A stretch of 64,000 bases of DNA from Candidatus Kerfeldbacteria bacterium (GCA_043813585.1 JBDRKW010000006.1:15444-79443), one strand, 5' to 3'; positions 47,567-57,063 are shown, counted from the first letter of the stretch. Made by a program: numbers and translations. Notes: generated from the letters alone by a model not told the origin.

Positions 47567-48508
47567 ATGAGCATGAAACAACTTCAAGACAAAAAGAAAA
47601 CATTGCGATGGATTGATATCACCAAGCCAACGCAACAGGACAGGGATGCGATCAAAAACGAATTTGACCTTCTGCGGATCGACCTGTCAGACGCATTCCG
47701 GTCCACCTATCGGTCTAAAATCTCGCACCGCGAGAACTATATCTTCCTGGTGCTCATGGTGCCCATCTTCCGTTACGAAACCCAGTCAATCGACATCGAA
47801 GAGATCGACCTGTTTATAGGCAAGGACTATGTCATTTCCGTACATCAGGGCAATCTCAAGCCGTTGAAAAGCCTGATTAAAACCGCGCTCAATAACGGGA
47901 ACAAGAAGGAAGAGCTGCTGGGCCGGGGCGTTGAACATTTTGCACATGAGCTGCTCAACGGGCTGCTGTCGTACACCTATCCAATGGTTGACGAAATCGA
48001 CAACGTACTGGAAAAACTCAAAATAGATATTTTCGCGGATAAAAAAAGTCGGAGAATCCTGGTGAAAGATATTCTGCTGATACGCGGCAATGTGGCCGAA
48101 CTGCGCAAGGCGATACGCGGCCATGTAACCGTAATCGGCCAGCTCATCAAACGCGACAACGACCCGAATGCCTTTGACTTTATTACTCAGCCCGCACTGT
48201 TTGAATCGCTGGTGGACGATGCGGAAGAGATCTGGGCCGCGCTTGAATCCAACAAAGAACTGATCGAGGCGCTGGAGGACGCAAACGAATCGCTGGTATC
48301 CCACAGCTTGAACGAAGTCATGAAAACGCTTACTGTGTTTTCCGCAATTATGCTCCCGTCTGTGGTGGTCGCGAGCATCTTCGGCATGAATGTGCGGTAT
48401 GCTCCCCTACTCGGGCACGAACTCGGCTTCTGGATTCTACTGATGTTTATGGGCCTTGTAACGCTGATTATGCTTTTTGTCTTCTGGAGGAAACACTGGC
48501 TCAAGTAA
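47567..48508 (+). CDS. corA: CorA-family Mg2+/Co2+ transporter
   Basis: C-terminal two TM helices with the GMN motif (FGMNVRYAP). Confidence 0.8.
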   Translation: MSMKQLQDKKKTLRWIDITKPTQQDRDAIKNEFDLLRIDLSDAFRSTYRSKISHRENYIFLVLMVPIFRYETQSIDIEEIDLFIGKDYVISVHQGNLKPLKSLIKTALNNGNKKEELLGRGVEHFAHELLNGLLSYTYPMVDEIDNVLEKLKIDIFADKKSRRILVKDILLIRGNVAELRKAIRGHVTVIGQLIKRDNDPNAFDFITQPALFESLVDDAEEIWAALESNKELIEALEDANESLVSHSLNEVMKTLTVFSAIMLPSVVVASIFGMNVRYAPLLGHELGFWILLMFMGLVTLIMLFVFWRKHWLK

Positions 48509-48517
48509 CCCAACACA

Positions 48518-49912
48518 ATGCACACACTGTCACTCTTTAACACACTGACGAAGAAAAAGGAGGAATTCGAACCGATCAAGCAAGGCGGGGTCTCGCTCTA
48601 TACGTGCGGACCGACCGTCTATAATTTTGCGCACATCGGGAACCTGCGCACGTTTGTGCTGTATGACCTGCTGCGGAGGACGCTGGAAGCGGACGGATAC
48701 GCGGTGAATCATGTCATGAACATCACTGATGTCGGCCACCTGACCAGCGATGCGGATGAAGGCGAAGACAAAATCGAAAAGGGCGCAGCGCGCGAAGGAA
48801 AAACCGCGTGGGAGGTTGCGAGTTTTTATACGGATGCCTTCCTGGAAGACGCGCGGCAGCTCAATTTGCTGCAGCCAAGCAAGATGCCCAGGGCCACCGA
48901 CCATATCCAGGAGCAGATCGACCTGATTAAGCAGCTGGAGGAAGGCGGCCATACGTATGAAACATCCGATGGCGTCTATTTTGACACCTCAACGTTTTCC
49001 GACTACGGCGCAATGGCGCGGCTGGATGTTGCCGGGCTGCAGGAAGGCGCGCGCGTCGAGAAAAATGAAGAAAAAAGAAACGTCACGGACTTTGCACTGT
49101 GGAAATTCTCGCCCAAAGACCAGAAGCGGCAGATGGAATGGGAGTCGCCGTGGGGCGTCGGGTTTCCGGGCTGGCACCTGGAGTGCTCGGCCATGGCCAT
49201 GAAGTACCTGGGCGATACGATCGACATCCACGGGGGCGGCGTCGACCATGTCCAGGTACACCACACCAATGAAATCGCGCAGTCCGAGGCCGCAACCGGA
49301 AAACAGTTCGCGCGGTTCTGGGTGCACGGCGAATTTTTGCTTATTGACGAAGGCCGCATGGGCAAGTCCGAAGGCAACTTCATCACGCTTGCTGATGTTA
49401 TCAAGAAGGGCTATAGCCCGCTCGCCTACCGCTACTTCCTGTTAAGCGCGCACTACCGTTCCAAATTGAATTTCACCTGGAAAGCGCTCGATGGCGCGTC
49501 GCAGGCGCTGAATAAGCTGGTCTATGCGCTCGCGCAGGCAGGTACGCCGAGCGAACCGATCCCGAACTTTACCGAACACTTCATGGACATGGTCAACGAC
49601 GACCTGAACATGCCGCAGGCGCTGGCCGTCATGTGGGAGATGATGAAATCAGACAATGGACCATCAGCCAAAGCCGCAACATTGTATGCCATGGACCTGA
49701 TTCTCGGATTGGGGCTGAAAGAACAGGCCGAAGAGCTGCGCGCGAAGTTAGACGAAGCCGGGAAAGAGGTGGAAGAACTTCTGGAGAAGCGAACGCAGGC
49801 GCGCTCTGATAAAAACTACGAACAAGCGGACGAAATCCGCGACCAGATACAAAAAATGGGCTTCATCGTCGAAGACACGGACGACGGCCCAATCCTGCGG
49901 CCGGCAAATTAA
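48518..49912 (+). CDS. cysS: cysteine--tRNA ligase
   Basis: HIGNLRTFV (HIGH) and KMSKS-like RMGKSEGN. Zn ligands present. Confidence 0.9.
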   Translation: MHTLSLFNTLTKKKEEFEPIKQGGVSLYTCGPTVYNFAHIGNLRTFVLYDLLRRTLEADGYAVNHVMNITDVGHLTSDADEGEDKIEKGAAREGKTAWEVASFYTDAFLEDARQLNLLQPSKMPRATDHIQEQIDLIKQLEEGGHTYETSDGVYFDTSTFSDYGAMARLDVAGLQEGARVEKNEEKRNVTDFALWKFSPKDQKRQMEWESPWGVGFPGWHLECSAMAMKYLGDTIDIHGGGVDHVQVHHTNEIAQSEAATGKQFARFWVHGEFLLIDEGRMGKSEGNFITLADVIKKGYSPLAYRYFLLSAHYRSKLNFTWKALDGASQALNKLVYALAQAGTPSEPIPNFTEHFMDMVNDDLNMPQALAVMWEMMKSDNGPSAKAATLYAMDLILGLGLKEQAEELRAKLDEAGKEVEELLEKRTQARSDKNYEQADEIRDQIQKMGFIVEDTDDGPILRPAN

Positions 49913-50670
49913 TCCTCTTCCCTGCGGCCCAATACGATCATTGCCACGATCGGCGCGACCACCCATGCAAATACCATCCACTCGTTGGTGAAGATGGTTT
50001 GCGTGAACGGTGCAAATTTTCCGATCATCGAAGCGGGCAGATAGGTCATGGAGATCGAAATCATCAGGCCGACATGCAAAACCGAGAATATAATGGTGTG
50101 CAGGAACTTGCCGCGGCTGGCGTTATTGCCCAGCGTGCGCAGCAGCGCAGACCGCGAGATCAGGAAAAACAATATGACGAAGACGGAAATAAAGGTGGTG
50201 ATCTGGAACGCGTATTGGTTATTCCAGTCAATATTCAAAATAAAATTCGGGACCGTCTCCACCACCGCCAGCGCCATGTAGATCGATATCAGAATAACGA
50301 TAATACGGTCGCGGCCGAGCGAGATGCCGTAGAGCAGTGCAGCCACAAGGAAAAACAAAATCAAAAATACATCCCACGAAGGATTTGCAAAATCAAGGCC
50401 GTCAATAAAATCCTTGCCCTGTTCTTTGACGTTGGCGAGCGTTTCGCTGTTCTCTGCCTTGTCCACCTTCTCCACAGCAGAAATCTTGGCGTCCTCAACA
50501 GTTGCATCCGCTGCTTGCTGCGCGTCGGCATTTGCCGCTTCCATCCGATCCTGCGCTTTCTTCAACGCATTTTGCGTCGATGGACTGACTATGTTGTTAT
50601 CGTTTGCAGCTATCAAGAAATGATCACTCATCTCCTCCGCTGACCATGTTTGGTAACTCATTATCCTCAT
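49909..50670 (-). CDS. hypothetical membrane protein (4-5 TM) downstream of dnaJ
   Basis: Amphipathic N-terminal 100 aa then a hydrophobic core. Overlaps the cysS stop by 4 nt. Confidence 0.45.
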   Translation of the reverse strand: MRIMSYQTWSAEEMSDHFLIAANDNNIVSPSTQNALKKAQDRMEAANADAQQAADATVEDAKISAVEKVDKAENSETLANVKEQGKDFIDGLDFANPSWDVFLILFFLVAALLYGISLGRDRIIVILISIYMALAVVETVPNFILNIDWNNQYAFQITTFISVFVILFFLISRSALLRTLGNNASRGKFLHTIIFSVLHVGLMISISMTYLPASMIGKFAPFTQTIFTNEWMVFAWVVAPIVAMIVLGRREED

Positions 50671-50715
50671 TATACCATAAATGCGGATATAAATACAGCG
50701 GGAGTTATCCCGCTG

Positions 50716-51822
50716 CTATTCCCCTGCCTCGTCGAGCTGTTGCAGCTCTTTGAGCAGCTTCTTTCGCTTGGAGCTGACGCGCTTTGGTATTTCCAGATGC
50801 ACTTCAACAATATGGTCGCCGCGGCCGGATGCCTGCAGGCGCGGGACGCCTTTGCCGCGCAGCCGCAACTGCGTGCCAGATGCGGTTCCGGACGGGACTT
50901 TCACGCTGAGCTCGCCATCAAGCGTTTCCACATTGATCTTTCCGCCCAGCACCAGCATGGAATATGGTACGTATTTTCGCGCAAGGATATCATAATCGCG
51001 CCGGTTCCACCCTTTGTGTTCCTCCACGTGCACGGTGACGAACAGGTCGCCAAACGGAGCGCCAAAATCACCAGCTTCACCCTGGCCGGTGACACGGATG
51101 GTCTGGCCGTTATCAATGCCCGCCGGAATATCCACCTCAATGGTGCTTTCTTTCCGCTGTACGCCCCTGCCGTTGCATTTTGAGCATGCCTGCTTCGCTT
51201 TCTTTCCGCGACCGTCGCAGTTGGTACATGGAGACTGGGTGCGTATCGCGCCCAGGAAGCTCTTCTGCACATTTTGGACTACTCCGGTGCCGTTGCAGGT
51301 CTTACATTCGTCAATAGGCGTGCCCGGTTCGGCGGTATTGCCTTTGCAATGTTCGCAAACATCGTTACGCAGGAGTTCAACGTCTTTCTGCGTCCCGAAT
51401 GCCGCATCCTTGAAATCCAGCGTAATATCCATATGGATATCCTGGCCGCGCGCCTGTTTTTGGCGGCGCCGTCCGCCGCCGAACATCTCCCCGAATATAT
51501 CGCCCAGGTCAAATTCCACGCCGCCGGCCTGTCCGCCAAATCCGCCCTGTCCTGCAGCCTGCTGCCAGCTGAATCCGCCAAACCCCGCGCCGCCCGGTCC
51601 GCTTGCACCGCCAAAGTCAGCACTGCCGAACTGGTCGTAGTTCTTCCGCTTCTGCGGATTCGAAAGCACCTGATACGCTTCGTTGACTTCCTTAAACTTG
51701 GCTTCGTCACCGCCCTGCTTGTCCGGGTGATATTGGTGCGCCAGTTTCCGGTATGCCTTTTTTATTTCCTCCTCAGGCGCGTCTTTCGAAACACCGAGCA
51801 GCTCGTAGTAATCCTTGGCCAT
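50716..51822 (-). CDS. dnaJ: molecular chaperone DnaJ
   Basis: J-domain HPD (YHPDKQGG), G/F region, four CxxCxGxG repeats. Confidence 0.9.
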   Translation of the reverse strand: MAKDYYELLGVSKDAPEEEIKKAYRKLAHQYHPDKQGGDEAKFKEVNEAYQVLSNPQKRKNYDQFGSADFGGASGPGGAGFGGFSWQQAAGQGGFGGQAGGVEFDLGDIFGEMFGGGRRRQKQARGQDIHMDITLDFKDAAFGTQKDVELLRNDVCEHCKGNTAEPGTPIDECKTCNGTGVVQNVQKSFLGAIRTQSPCTNCDGRGKKAKQACSKCNGRGVQRKESTIEVDIPAGIDNGQTIRVTGQGEAGDFGAPFGDLFVTVHVEEHKGWNRRDYDILARKYVPYSMLVLGGKINVETLDGELSVKVPSGTASGTQLRLRGKGVPRLQASGRGDHIVEVHLEIPKRVSSKRKKLLKELQQLDEAGE

Positions 51823-53762
51823 TATTTATCGTCGTCTTTTTTGTCGTCTTCTTTCTTCTCTTCAAAGTCAGCATCTACAACATCTTCTTTTTTATCGCCA
51901 TCTTTGCCGTCCTCGCCTTTACCTTCCTTCTTGGCGTTTTCAGCGACCTGCTTTTCCTGTTCCTTCTTGTACAGAATCTCGCCGATCTTTTGCGCGGCAG
52001 TTGAGAGCTCTTCGCTCGCCTTCTTGATTGCGTCCACATCTTCGCCTTCAAGCGTCTTCTTCACCGCTTCCATCTTTTCTTCGATATTTTTCTTCTCGTC
52101 TGCGCTCACTTCGTCGCCGGCCTCTTTCAACGCCTTGTCAGTGGTATAGACAAGCGTCTCCGCGAGGTTGCGCGTTTCTACAAGCTCCTTCTTTTTGCGG
52201 TCGTCGTCCGCATGCTCCTCGGCTTCCTTGGTCATCTTGGCAATCTCCTCGTCAGACAAGCCGGAAGAGGCCTCAATCCGGATGGACTGCACCTTGCCTG
52301 TTGCCTTGTCGGTCGCCTTCACGTTCAGGATGCCGTTGGCGTCCACGTCAAAGGAGACTTCAACCTGCGGAATGCCGCGCGGTGACGGCGGAATGCCGGA
52401 AAGGATAAACCGTCCGAGCGATTTGTTGTCCGAAACCATTTCGCGTTCGCCCTGCACCACATGCACTTCAACCGATGTCTGGTTGTCGGCAGCAGTCGAG
52501 AAAATCTGCGATTTGGATGTAGGAATGGTCGTATTTTTTTCGATCAGCTTGGTTGCGACGCCGCCGAGCGTCTCGATGCCTAAAGACAGCGGGATCACAT
52601 CCAGCAGCAGCACGTCCTTCACCTCACCCTGCATCACGCCGGCCTGCACGGCCGCGCCCAGTGCCACCACCTCGTCCGGATTGACCGTGGCGTTCGGCTT
52701 CTTGCCGAAGAAATCTTCCACCTTCTTCTGGATCATCGGCATGCGCGTCTGGCCGCCGACCAGAATGACTTCGTTAATATCTCCCTTGTTCAAACCGGCA
52801 TCCTTCAATGACTGCTCCACCGGCCCGAACGTGCGCTCCACCAAATCGCCCACCAGCTCTTCCAGTTTGGCGCGCGAAATCTTCATCACCAGGTGCTTGG
52901 CGCCGGAATTCGGGTCGTTGGCGATGAACGGCTCGTTGATCTCCGTCTCCATGGAGGTCGACAGTTCGATCTTGGCCTTTTCTGCCGCGCTCTTCAGCCG
53001 CTGCAGCGCCAGGTTGTCCTGCGAAATATCCATTCCCTCCTGCTTCTTATACTCATCAATGATCCATTCAATCAAAATCTGGTCAAAATCGTCGCCGCCC
53101 AGGTGCGTATCGCCGGTAGTGGACTTCACCTCCACCGTATCCTCGCCCACCTCCAGCACGGACACGTCAAACGTGCCTCCGCCGAGGTCGTACACGATTA
53201 CTTTTTCATCCTTCTTTTTGTCAAAACCGTACGCGAGCGCTGCCGCGGTCGGTTCGTTGATAATGCGCTTTACGTTCAGCCCCGCAATCTTGCCCGCATC
53301 CTTGGTGGCCTGGCGCTGCGAGTCGTCGAAATAGGCCGGCACGGTGATGATCACCTCGTCGATCTTCTCGCCCAGCTTCTCTTCTGCGTCTGACTTCATC
53401 TTCTGAAGCAGTTTTGCGGAAATCTCCTGCGGCGTGTAGTCCTTGGCGCCCATGGTTACTTTAACGCGATCGCCGTCCTGCACGATCTTGTACGGCATGA
53501 GCTTGACGTCCTTTTGCACCTCGTCGTCATCCCATCGGCGACCGATCAGCCGTTTCACCGAAAAAACGGTGTTCTCCGGGTTGGTGACCGCCTGACGCTT
53601 GGCCGACTGGCCAACAAGCGGTTCGTCGTTCTTGGCGATTGCCACGATCGACGGCGTGGTGCGGTTGCCTTCCGCGTTTTCAATCACTTTCGGCTGGCCG
53701 CCTTCCATCACGGCCATGCACGAGTTGGTTGTTCCGAGGTCGATTCCCAGTATCTTTCCCAT
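51822..53762 (-). CDS. dnaK: molecular chaperone DnaK (Hsp70)
   Basis: [22 protein letters not shown] and other Hsp70 signatures. Confidence 0.95.
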   Translation of the reverse strand: MGKILGIDLGTTNSCMAVMEGGQPKVIENAEGNRTTPSIVAIAKNDEPLVGQSAKRQAVTNPENTVFSVKRLIGRRWDDDEVQKDVKLMPYKIVQDGDRVKVTMGAKDYTPQEISAKLLQKMKSDAEEKLGEKIDEVIITVPAYFDDSQRQATKDAGKIAGLNVKRIINEPTAAALAYGFDKKKDEKVIVYDLGGGTFDVSVLEVGEDTVEVKSTTGDTHLGGDDFDQILIEWIIDEYKKQEGMDISQDNLALQRLKSAAEKAKIELSTSMETEINEPFIANDPNSGAKHLVMKISRAKLEELVGDLVERTFGPVEQSLKDAGLNKGDINEVILVGGQTRMPMIQKKVEDFFGKKPNATVNPDEVVALGAAVQAGVMQGEVKDVLLLDVIPLSLGIETLGGVATKLIEKNTTIPTSKSQIFSTAADNQTSVEVHVVQGEREMVSDNKSLGRFILSGIPPSPRGIPQVEVSFDVDANGILNVKATDKATGKVQSIRIEASSGLSDEEIAKMTKEAEEHADDDRKKKELVETRNLAETLVYTTDKALKEAGDEVSADEKKNIEEKMEAVKKTLEGEDVDAIKKASEELSTAAQKIGEILYKKEQEKQVAENAKKEGKGEDGKDGDKKEDVVDADFEEKKEDDKKDDDK

Positions 53763-53792
53763 AGGTATGTACGTTATGATTTATTATTTGAA

Positions 53793-54332
53793 TTATTTAT
53801 ATACTTTTACTTTTGCCGGCTGGATCACTTTGCCTTTGAGCCGGAACCCGGTGGCGACTTCTTCCGCGACGGTTCCCGATTCGCTTTCTTTTTCTTTATC
53901 TGGCGCAACTTCTTCCACCGCTTCATGGATTTGTGGATCGAACGGTTCACCGACCGTCGGAATCGTCTCCAGGCCGTGCTCTTCCAATATCTTCATGAAG
54001 TTGCTCTGGATATGCTCCATGCCTTTCAGCCAGTCGCTGTTGCGCTGTTCTTCCGGTACCGCCCTGAACGCAAACTTGAAATGGTCCACCATCGGCAGCA
54101 GCTCCATAAGGAACTCCTCTGTGGCGTATTTCATATTGTCCGAGATCCTTTTCTGCGTTTCCTTCTGGAGGTTCTGGTAATCGGCCAGCGCCCGCTGCCA
54201 TCCGGCCAAATGCTCATCGCATTTTGTTTCGAGCTCTCGCAAGAGCTTATCCGGGCTGTCGTCTGCTTTCTTCTGCGGCTGCTTTGGGTGCTTCTGTTGC
54301 CCTTTCTTTTTATCGCTCATCTTCCTCTGCAA
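53793..54332 (-). CDS. grpE: nucleotide exchange factor GrpE
   Basis: Coiled-coil N-terminus and C-terminal GTVAEEVATGF..VIQPAKVKV beta domain. Confidence 0.85.
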   Translation of the reverse strand: MQRKMSDKKKGQQKHPKQPQKKADDSPDKLLRELETKCDEHLAGWQRALADYQNLQKETQKRISDNMKYATEEFLMELLPMVDHFKFAFRAVPEEQRNSDWLKGMEHIQSNFMKILEEHGLETIPTVGEPFDPQIHEAVEEVAPDKEKESESGTVAEEVATGFRLKGKVIQPAKVKVYK

Positions 54333-55026
54333 TTAATGATTCCATATACTCTAATATTGCCAAATTTGTATCATAGTCCATGCGCATCGGGCCGAGGATA
54401 CCCATCATGCCCACGGCATCTTCGTTCAGCAGATATTTCGACGCCAGGAACGCGCAATTGGCGGAAAACGGATTGTCGTGGCCGATCATGACGCTGATGT
54501 CGTCGCTCATGATGTCGTCGAGCATCCCGCGCATCTTGTCCATGTCTTCAAACAGCTCGTTCATAGCCATGACCATCTCCATCTCTGCAAATTCCGGCTT
54601 GCGGAACAGATGTGAAATGCCGGTGTAAAAATAGTTGTGCGGGCCGATCGAAACAATCACCGCTTCGTTCGTCATGTCTGCGACCGTCTTCGCCATGCGC
54701 TTCATGCGGTCAGCAACATCGAGCGTCTGCCGGTCTGCGGCAGAATCCAGCGTCTCGCGCTGCCGCCGGTTCAGCTCCTTCTGGTGCATGAAATTCTCAA
54801 TATAGAACTGGTAGCCCTGTTCCGTCGGGACGCGCCCGGCAGAGGTATGCGGCTGCATTATGTAGCCCTCGTCCTCCAGTGCCGTCATGTCATTGCGGAT
54901 CGTGGCAGACGAACAATCAAAAGCATGCTCCTCGGCAAGCGCTTTCGAGCCCACCGGTTTCGCTGTTTTGATGTACTCCTGGATGATGGCCTGCAACAGA
55001 GCCAGCTGCCGTTGTTTCTTGTCCAT
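54310..55026 (-). CDS. hrcA: heat-inducible transcription repressor HrcA (short form, 238 aa)
   Basis: N-terminal wHTH (ILQAIIQEYIKTAKPVGSKALAE). CIRCE operator immediately upstream. Confidence 0.8.
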   Translation of the reverse strand: MDKKQRQLALLQAIIQEYIKTAKPVGSKALAEEHAFDCSSATIRNDMTALEDEGYIMQPHTSAGRVPTEQGYQFYIENFMHQKELNRRQRETLDSAADRQTLDVADRMKRMAKTVADMTNEAVIVSIGPHNYFYTGISHLFRKPEFAEMEMVMAMNELFEDMDKMRGMLDDIMSDDISVMIGHDNPFSANCAFLASKYLLNEDAVGMMGILGPMRMDYDTNLAILEYMESLIAEEDER

Positions 55027-55036
55027 ATGGCGTAAA

Positions 55037-55063
55037 TTAGCACTCTCACGTGAAGAGTGCTAA
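55037..55063. promoter_or_regulatory. CIRCE operator (TTAGCACTC-N9-GAGTGCTAA), perfect consensus
   Basis: 55037 TTAGCACTCtcacgtgaaGAGTGCTAA 55063, 10 nt upstream of the hrcA ATG. Confidence 0.9.
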
Positions 55064-55066
55064 ACC

Positions 55067-55094
55067 ATTATAAACGACCATACTCCCCTGTCAA
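55067..55094 (-). promoter_or_regulatory. sigma70 promoter of the hrcA-grpE-dnaK-dnaJ operon (TTGACA-16-TATAAT)
   Basis: Minus strand TTGACAggggagtatggtcgttTATAAT. CIRCE starts 4 nt downstream of the -10. Confidence 0.75.
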
Positions 55095-55100
55095 GTAATA

Positions 55101-55128
55101 CAAAAACCCCTCTCTGAAGGGGTTTCGT
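55101..55128 (-). terminator. rho-independent terminator (AACCCCT-CTCTGA-AGGGGTT + U5)
   Basis: Minus-strand RNA ...ACCCCUUCAGAGAGGGGUUUUUGU. It terminates the small-ORF and ferredoxin transcripts before the hrcA promoter. Confidence 0.6.
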
Positions 55129-55150
55129 TCGTGGTTGGCCGGGTATCGCG

Positions 55151-55258
55151 TTACACCACCATCGGTGCGACCAGCGCTATGACGAGAAGAGCTGAGACCG
55201 CGATGAAGAGCGATGAAACCCGGACCATTAACCGTTCGGTTTTTTGGTCAGCGTTCAT
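55151..55258 (-). CDS. candidate 35-aa hydrophobic peptide (MNADQKTERLMVRVSSLFIAVSALLVIALVAPMVV)
   Basis: An ATG..TAA ORF not in the >=60-aa track. It has its own consensus promoter and terminator. No SD. Confidence 0.35.
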   Translation of the reverse strand: MNADQKTERLMVRVSSLFIAVSALLVIALVAPMVV

Positions 55259-55288
55259 ATTTTTTTTCTATTTTTATTTTACGTTGTA

Positions 55289-55317
55289 ATTGTAGCAAAA
55301 AAATGACCTCCTGTCAA
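55289..55317 (-). promoter_or_regulatory. consensus sigma70 promoter (TTGACA-17-TACAAT) driving the small peptide unit
   Basis: Minus strand TTGACAggaggtcatttttttgcTACAAT, downstream of the ferredoxin stop. Confidence 0.6.
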
Positions 55318-55344
55318 GAGGCCACTTTGCTAAGCTTGCGCCAA

Positions 55345-55566
55345 TTACTGCTCCGGCCAAATTTGTTTGCCGTTTTCGTCCTTTACAACGACTGCATTCG
55401 TCGGGCAGGACTTGGCCGCTTCGAGGATTTCTTCATCAGAATCGCCATTCTGTTTCTTTACAACCGCAAGGCCTTCATCATCCAATTCGAACGTGTCATC
55501 GGCGATCACTGCGCAGCTTCCGGCACTCACGCACGCATCGCGAATGACTTCGACAGTATATCCCAT
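55345..55566 (-). CDS. small [4Fe-4S]/[3Fe-4S] ferredoxin
   Basis: 73 aa with CxxAGSC...CP motifs (ACVSAGSCAV...AKSCP). Confidence 0.7.
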   Translation of the reverse strand: MGYTVEVIRDACVSAGSCAVIADDTFELDDEGLAVVKKQNGDSDEEILEAAKSCPTNAVVVKDENGKQIWPEQ

Positions 55567-55570
55567 AGTA

Positions 55571-56719
55571 TTATGTTAATGCTTTTACTTTTTTGATTAT
55601 TGCCGGAAGGATGTCGAGCACTGTATCGATCTCCTGCTCTGTGGTGGTGCGCCCGAGCGTGAGCCGCAGAGATTGCCGCGCCTCTGTTTTGGACCGTCCG
55701 ATTGCGAGCAGTACATGAGACGGTTCAACCGAACCAGCCGAACAGGCGGAGCCAAGCGATACCTGAATGCCTTCCTGGTCACAATACATCAGAAGCGCCT
55801 CTCCATCAACTCCCGGCAAAAAGATATTCGCGTTTTTTGGAAGACGCCGGTCGCGGTCGCCGTTCAGCTCCGCGCCGTCTGCAGCAGCCAGAATTCCGTC
55901 GATTAGTTTGTCGCGCAGCGCCGTCATTTGCTTGCTGTCTTGTTTGCGCCGCGCCTGCGCCAGCTCCAGCGCCTTTGCAAACCCCACGATGCCCGCAACA
56001 TTCTCCGTTCCAGGCCGGAGTGCCTGTTCCTGGTGGCCGCCGTACATGATCGGCTTGAGCTTCACGCCCTGCTTCACATACAGCGCGCCCGTGCCTTTCG
56101 GCCCGTAAATCTTGCTGCCGTTTATCGTCAACAAATCTACTCCCAGCTTTTTTACGTCAATGTGCAACGCATCCGGCGCCTGGCACGCGTCCGTATGGAA
56201 CAGCGCCTTGTCGCTCTTCTCCCTTACCGCCTGGACCGCTTCAGCCACAGGTTGAATGGTGCCGATCTCATTGTTCGCCATCATCACGCTGACGAGGACA
56301 GTCGAATCATCAACCGCCTGCTTCAGTACATCAACATCCAGGATGCCATTATTTTCAACGGCAACCACTTCCACGGTAAACCCCTCCTCGCGCAGCATCT
56401 CGCAGGTATGCAGCACGGCAGAATGTTCAATATTCGTGGTGACCACCTTACCAGCGCCGAACTCCCGCGCCGCTCCTAAAATTGCCAGGTTATCGCTCTC
56501 CGTTCCGCCCGCAGTGAAAATCACTTCCTGCAGCGAACAATTCAACACGCCGGCCACTATTGAACGCGCATTGTCAATCGCCTTGCGCGCTTCATGGCCC
56601 AGTGCATACTGCGCAGACGGATTTCCGTACTCGTTTTTCAAAAAAGGCTCCATCGCCGCAAACACCTCCGGGTCCATCGGGGTGGTAGCAGAATGATCGA
56701 GGTAGATAAACTGTTTCAT
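55571..56719 (-). CDS. cysteine desulfurase, NifS/IscS-type (class V aminotransferase)
   Basis: Start at MKQFIYLDHSATTP. PLP lysine region and the C-terminal active-site Cys loop (SLGSACSAGSVEPSHVL). Confidence 0.8.
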   Translation of the reverse strand: MKQFIYLDHSATTPMDPEVFAAMEPFLKNEYGNPSAQYALGHEARKAIDNARSIVAGVLNCSLQEVIFTAGGTESDNLAILGAAREFGAGKVVTTNIEHSAVLHTCEMLREEGFTVEVVAVENNGILDVDVLKQAVDDSTVLVSVMMANNEIGTIQPVAEAVQAVREKSDKALFHTDACQAPDALHIDVKKLGVDLLTINGSKIYGPKGTGALYVKQGVKLKPIMYGGHQEQALRPGTENVAGIVGFAKALELAQARRKQDSKQMTALRDKLIDGILAAADGAELNGDRDRRLPKNANIFLPGVDGEALLMYCDQEGIQVSLGSACSAGSVEPSHVLLAIGRSKTEARQSLRLTLGRTTTEQEIDTVLDILPAIIKKVKALT

Positions 56720-56766
56720 TGCGTGCTTTAGTAAAAAAAGTGAAGCGGAGCGACAGAAAGCCATTG

Positions 56767-56937
56767 CTACTTGAGTTTAGCCTTCTTGCCGTTCTTGCCT
56801 TTCTTCCGGCGGTTCTTGGTACTTGTCTGCGTGCGCGCCTTGCACGCCTTGCGAGCACTCTTAGTGTGCTCTCCTTTGCCTCCGCAGTACGGACAATCCC
56901 TGTCCACACCTGCCACGGCCCGGTTAAACTGGCCCAA
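56767..56937 (-). CDS. candidate small basic protein (56 codons, TTG start) with a CPYC zinc-ribbon-like motif and a Lys/Arg-rich tail
   Basis: In-frame TGA just upstream. GGAGGAG SD 4 nt before the TTG. Peptide ..VDRDCPYCGGKGEHTKSARKACKARTQTSTKNRRKKGKNGKKAKLK. Not in the ORF track (<60 aa). Confidence 0.3.
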   Translation of the reverse strand: MGQFNRAVAGVDRDCPYCGGKGEHTKSARKACKARTQTSTKNRRKKGKNGKKAKLK

Positions 56938-57021
56938 TACTCCTCCCCTTCCGCTTCATAGCGTTGCAACGCCTGTACGGGTGAGCTGGCCGTACAAAGC
57001 GATAAAGTAGACAACCCCAAG

Positions 57022-57050
57022 AGTCTACAAAACGCGGTCGCTCTTGTCAA
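57022..57050 (-). promoter_or_regulatory. sigma70-like promoter (TTGACA-17-TAGACT) upstream of the small basic ORF
   Basis: Minus strand TTGACAagagcgaccgcgttttgTAGACT. Confidence 0.45.
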
Positions 57051-57063
57051 AAAAAGAAGCGGA

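Noticed and set aside
52168-53334. 388-aa ORF on the + strand opposite dnaK
   Set aside because: Serine-rich antisense translation of a highly conserved gene.
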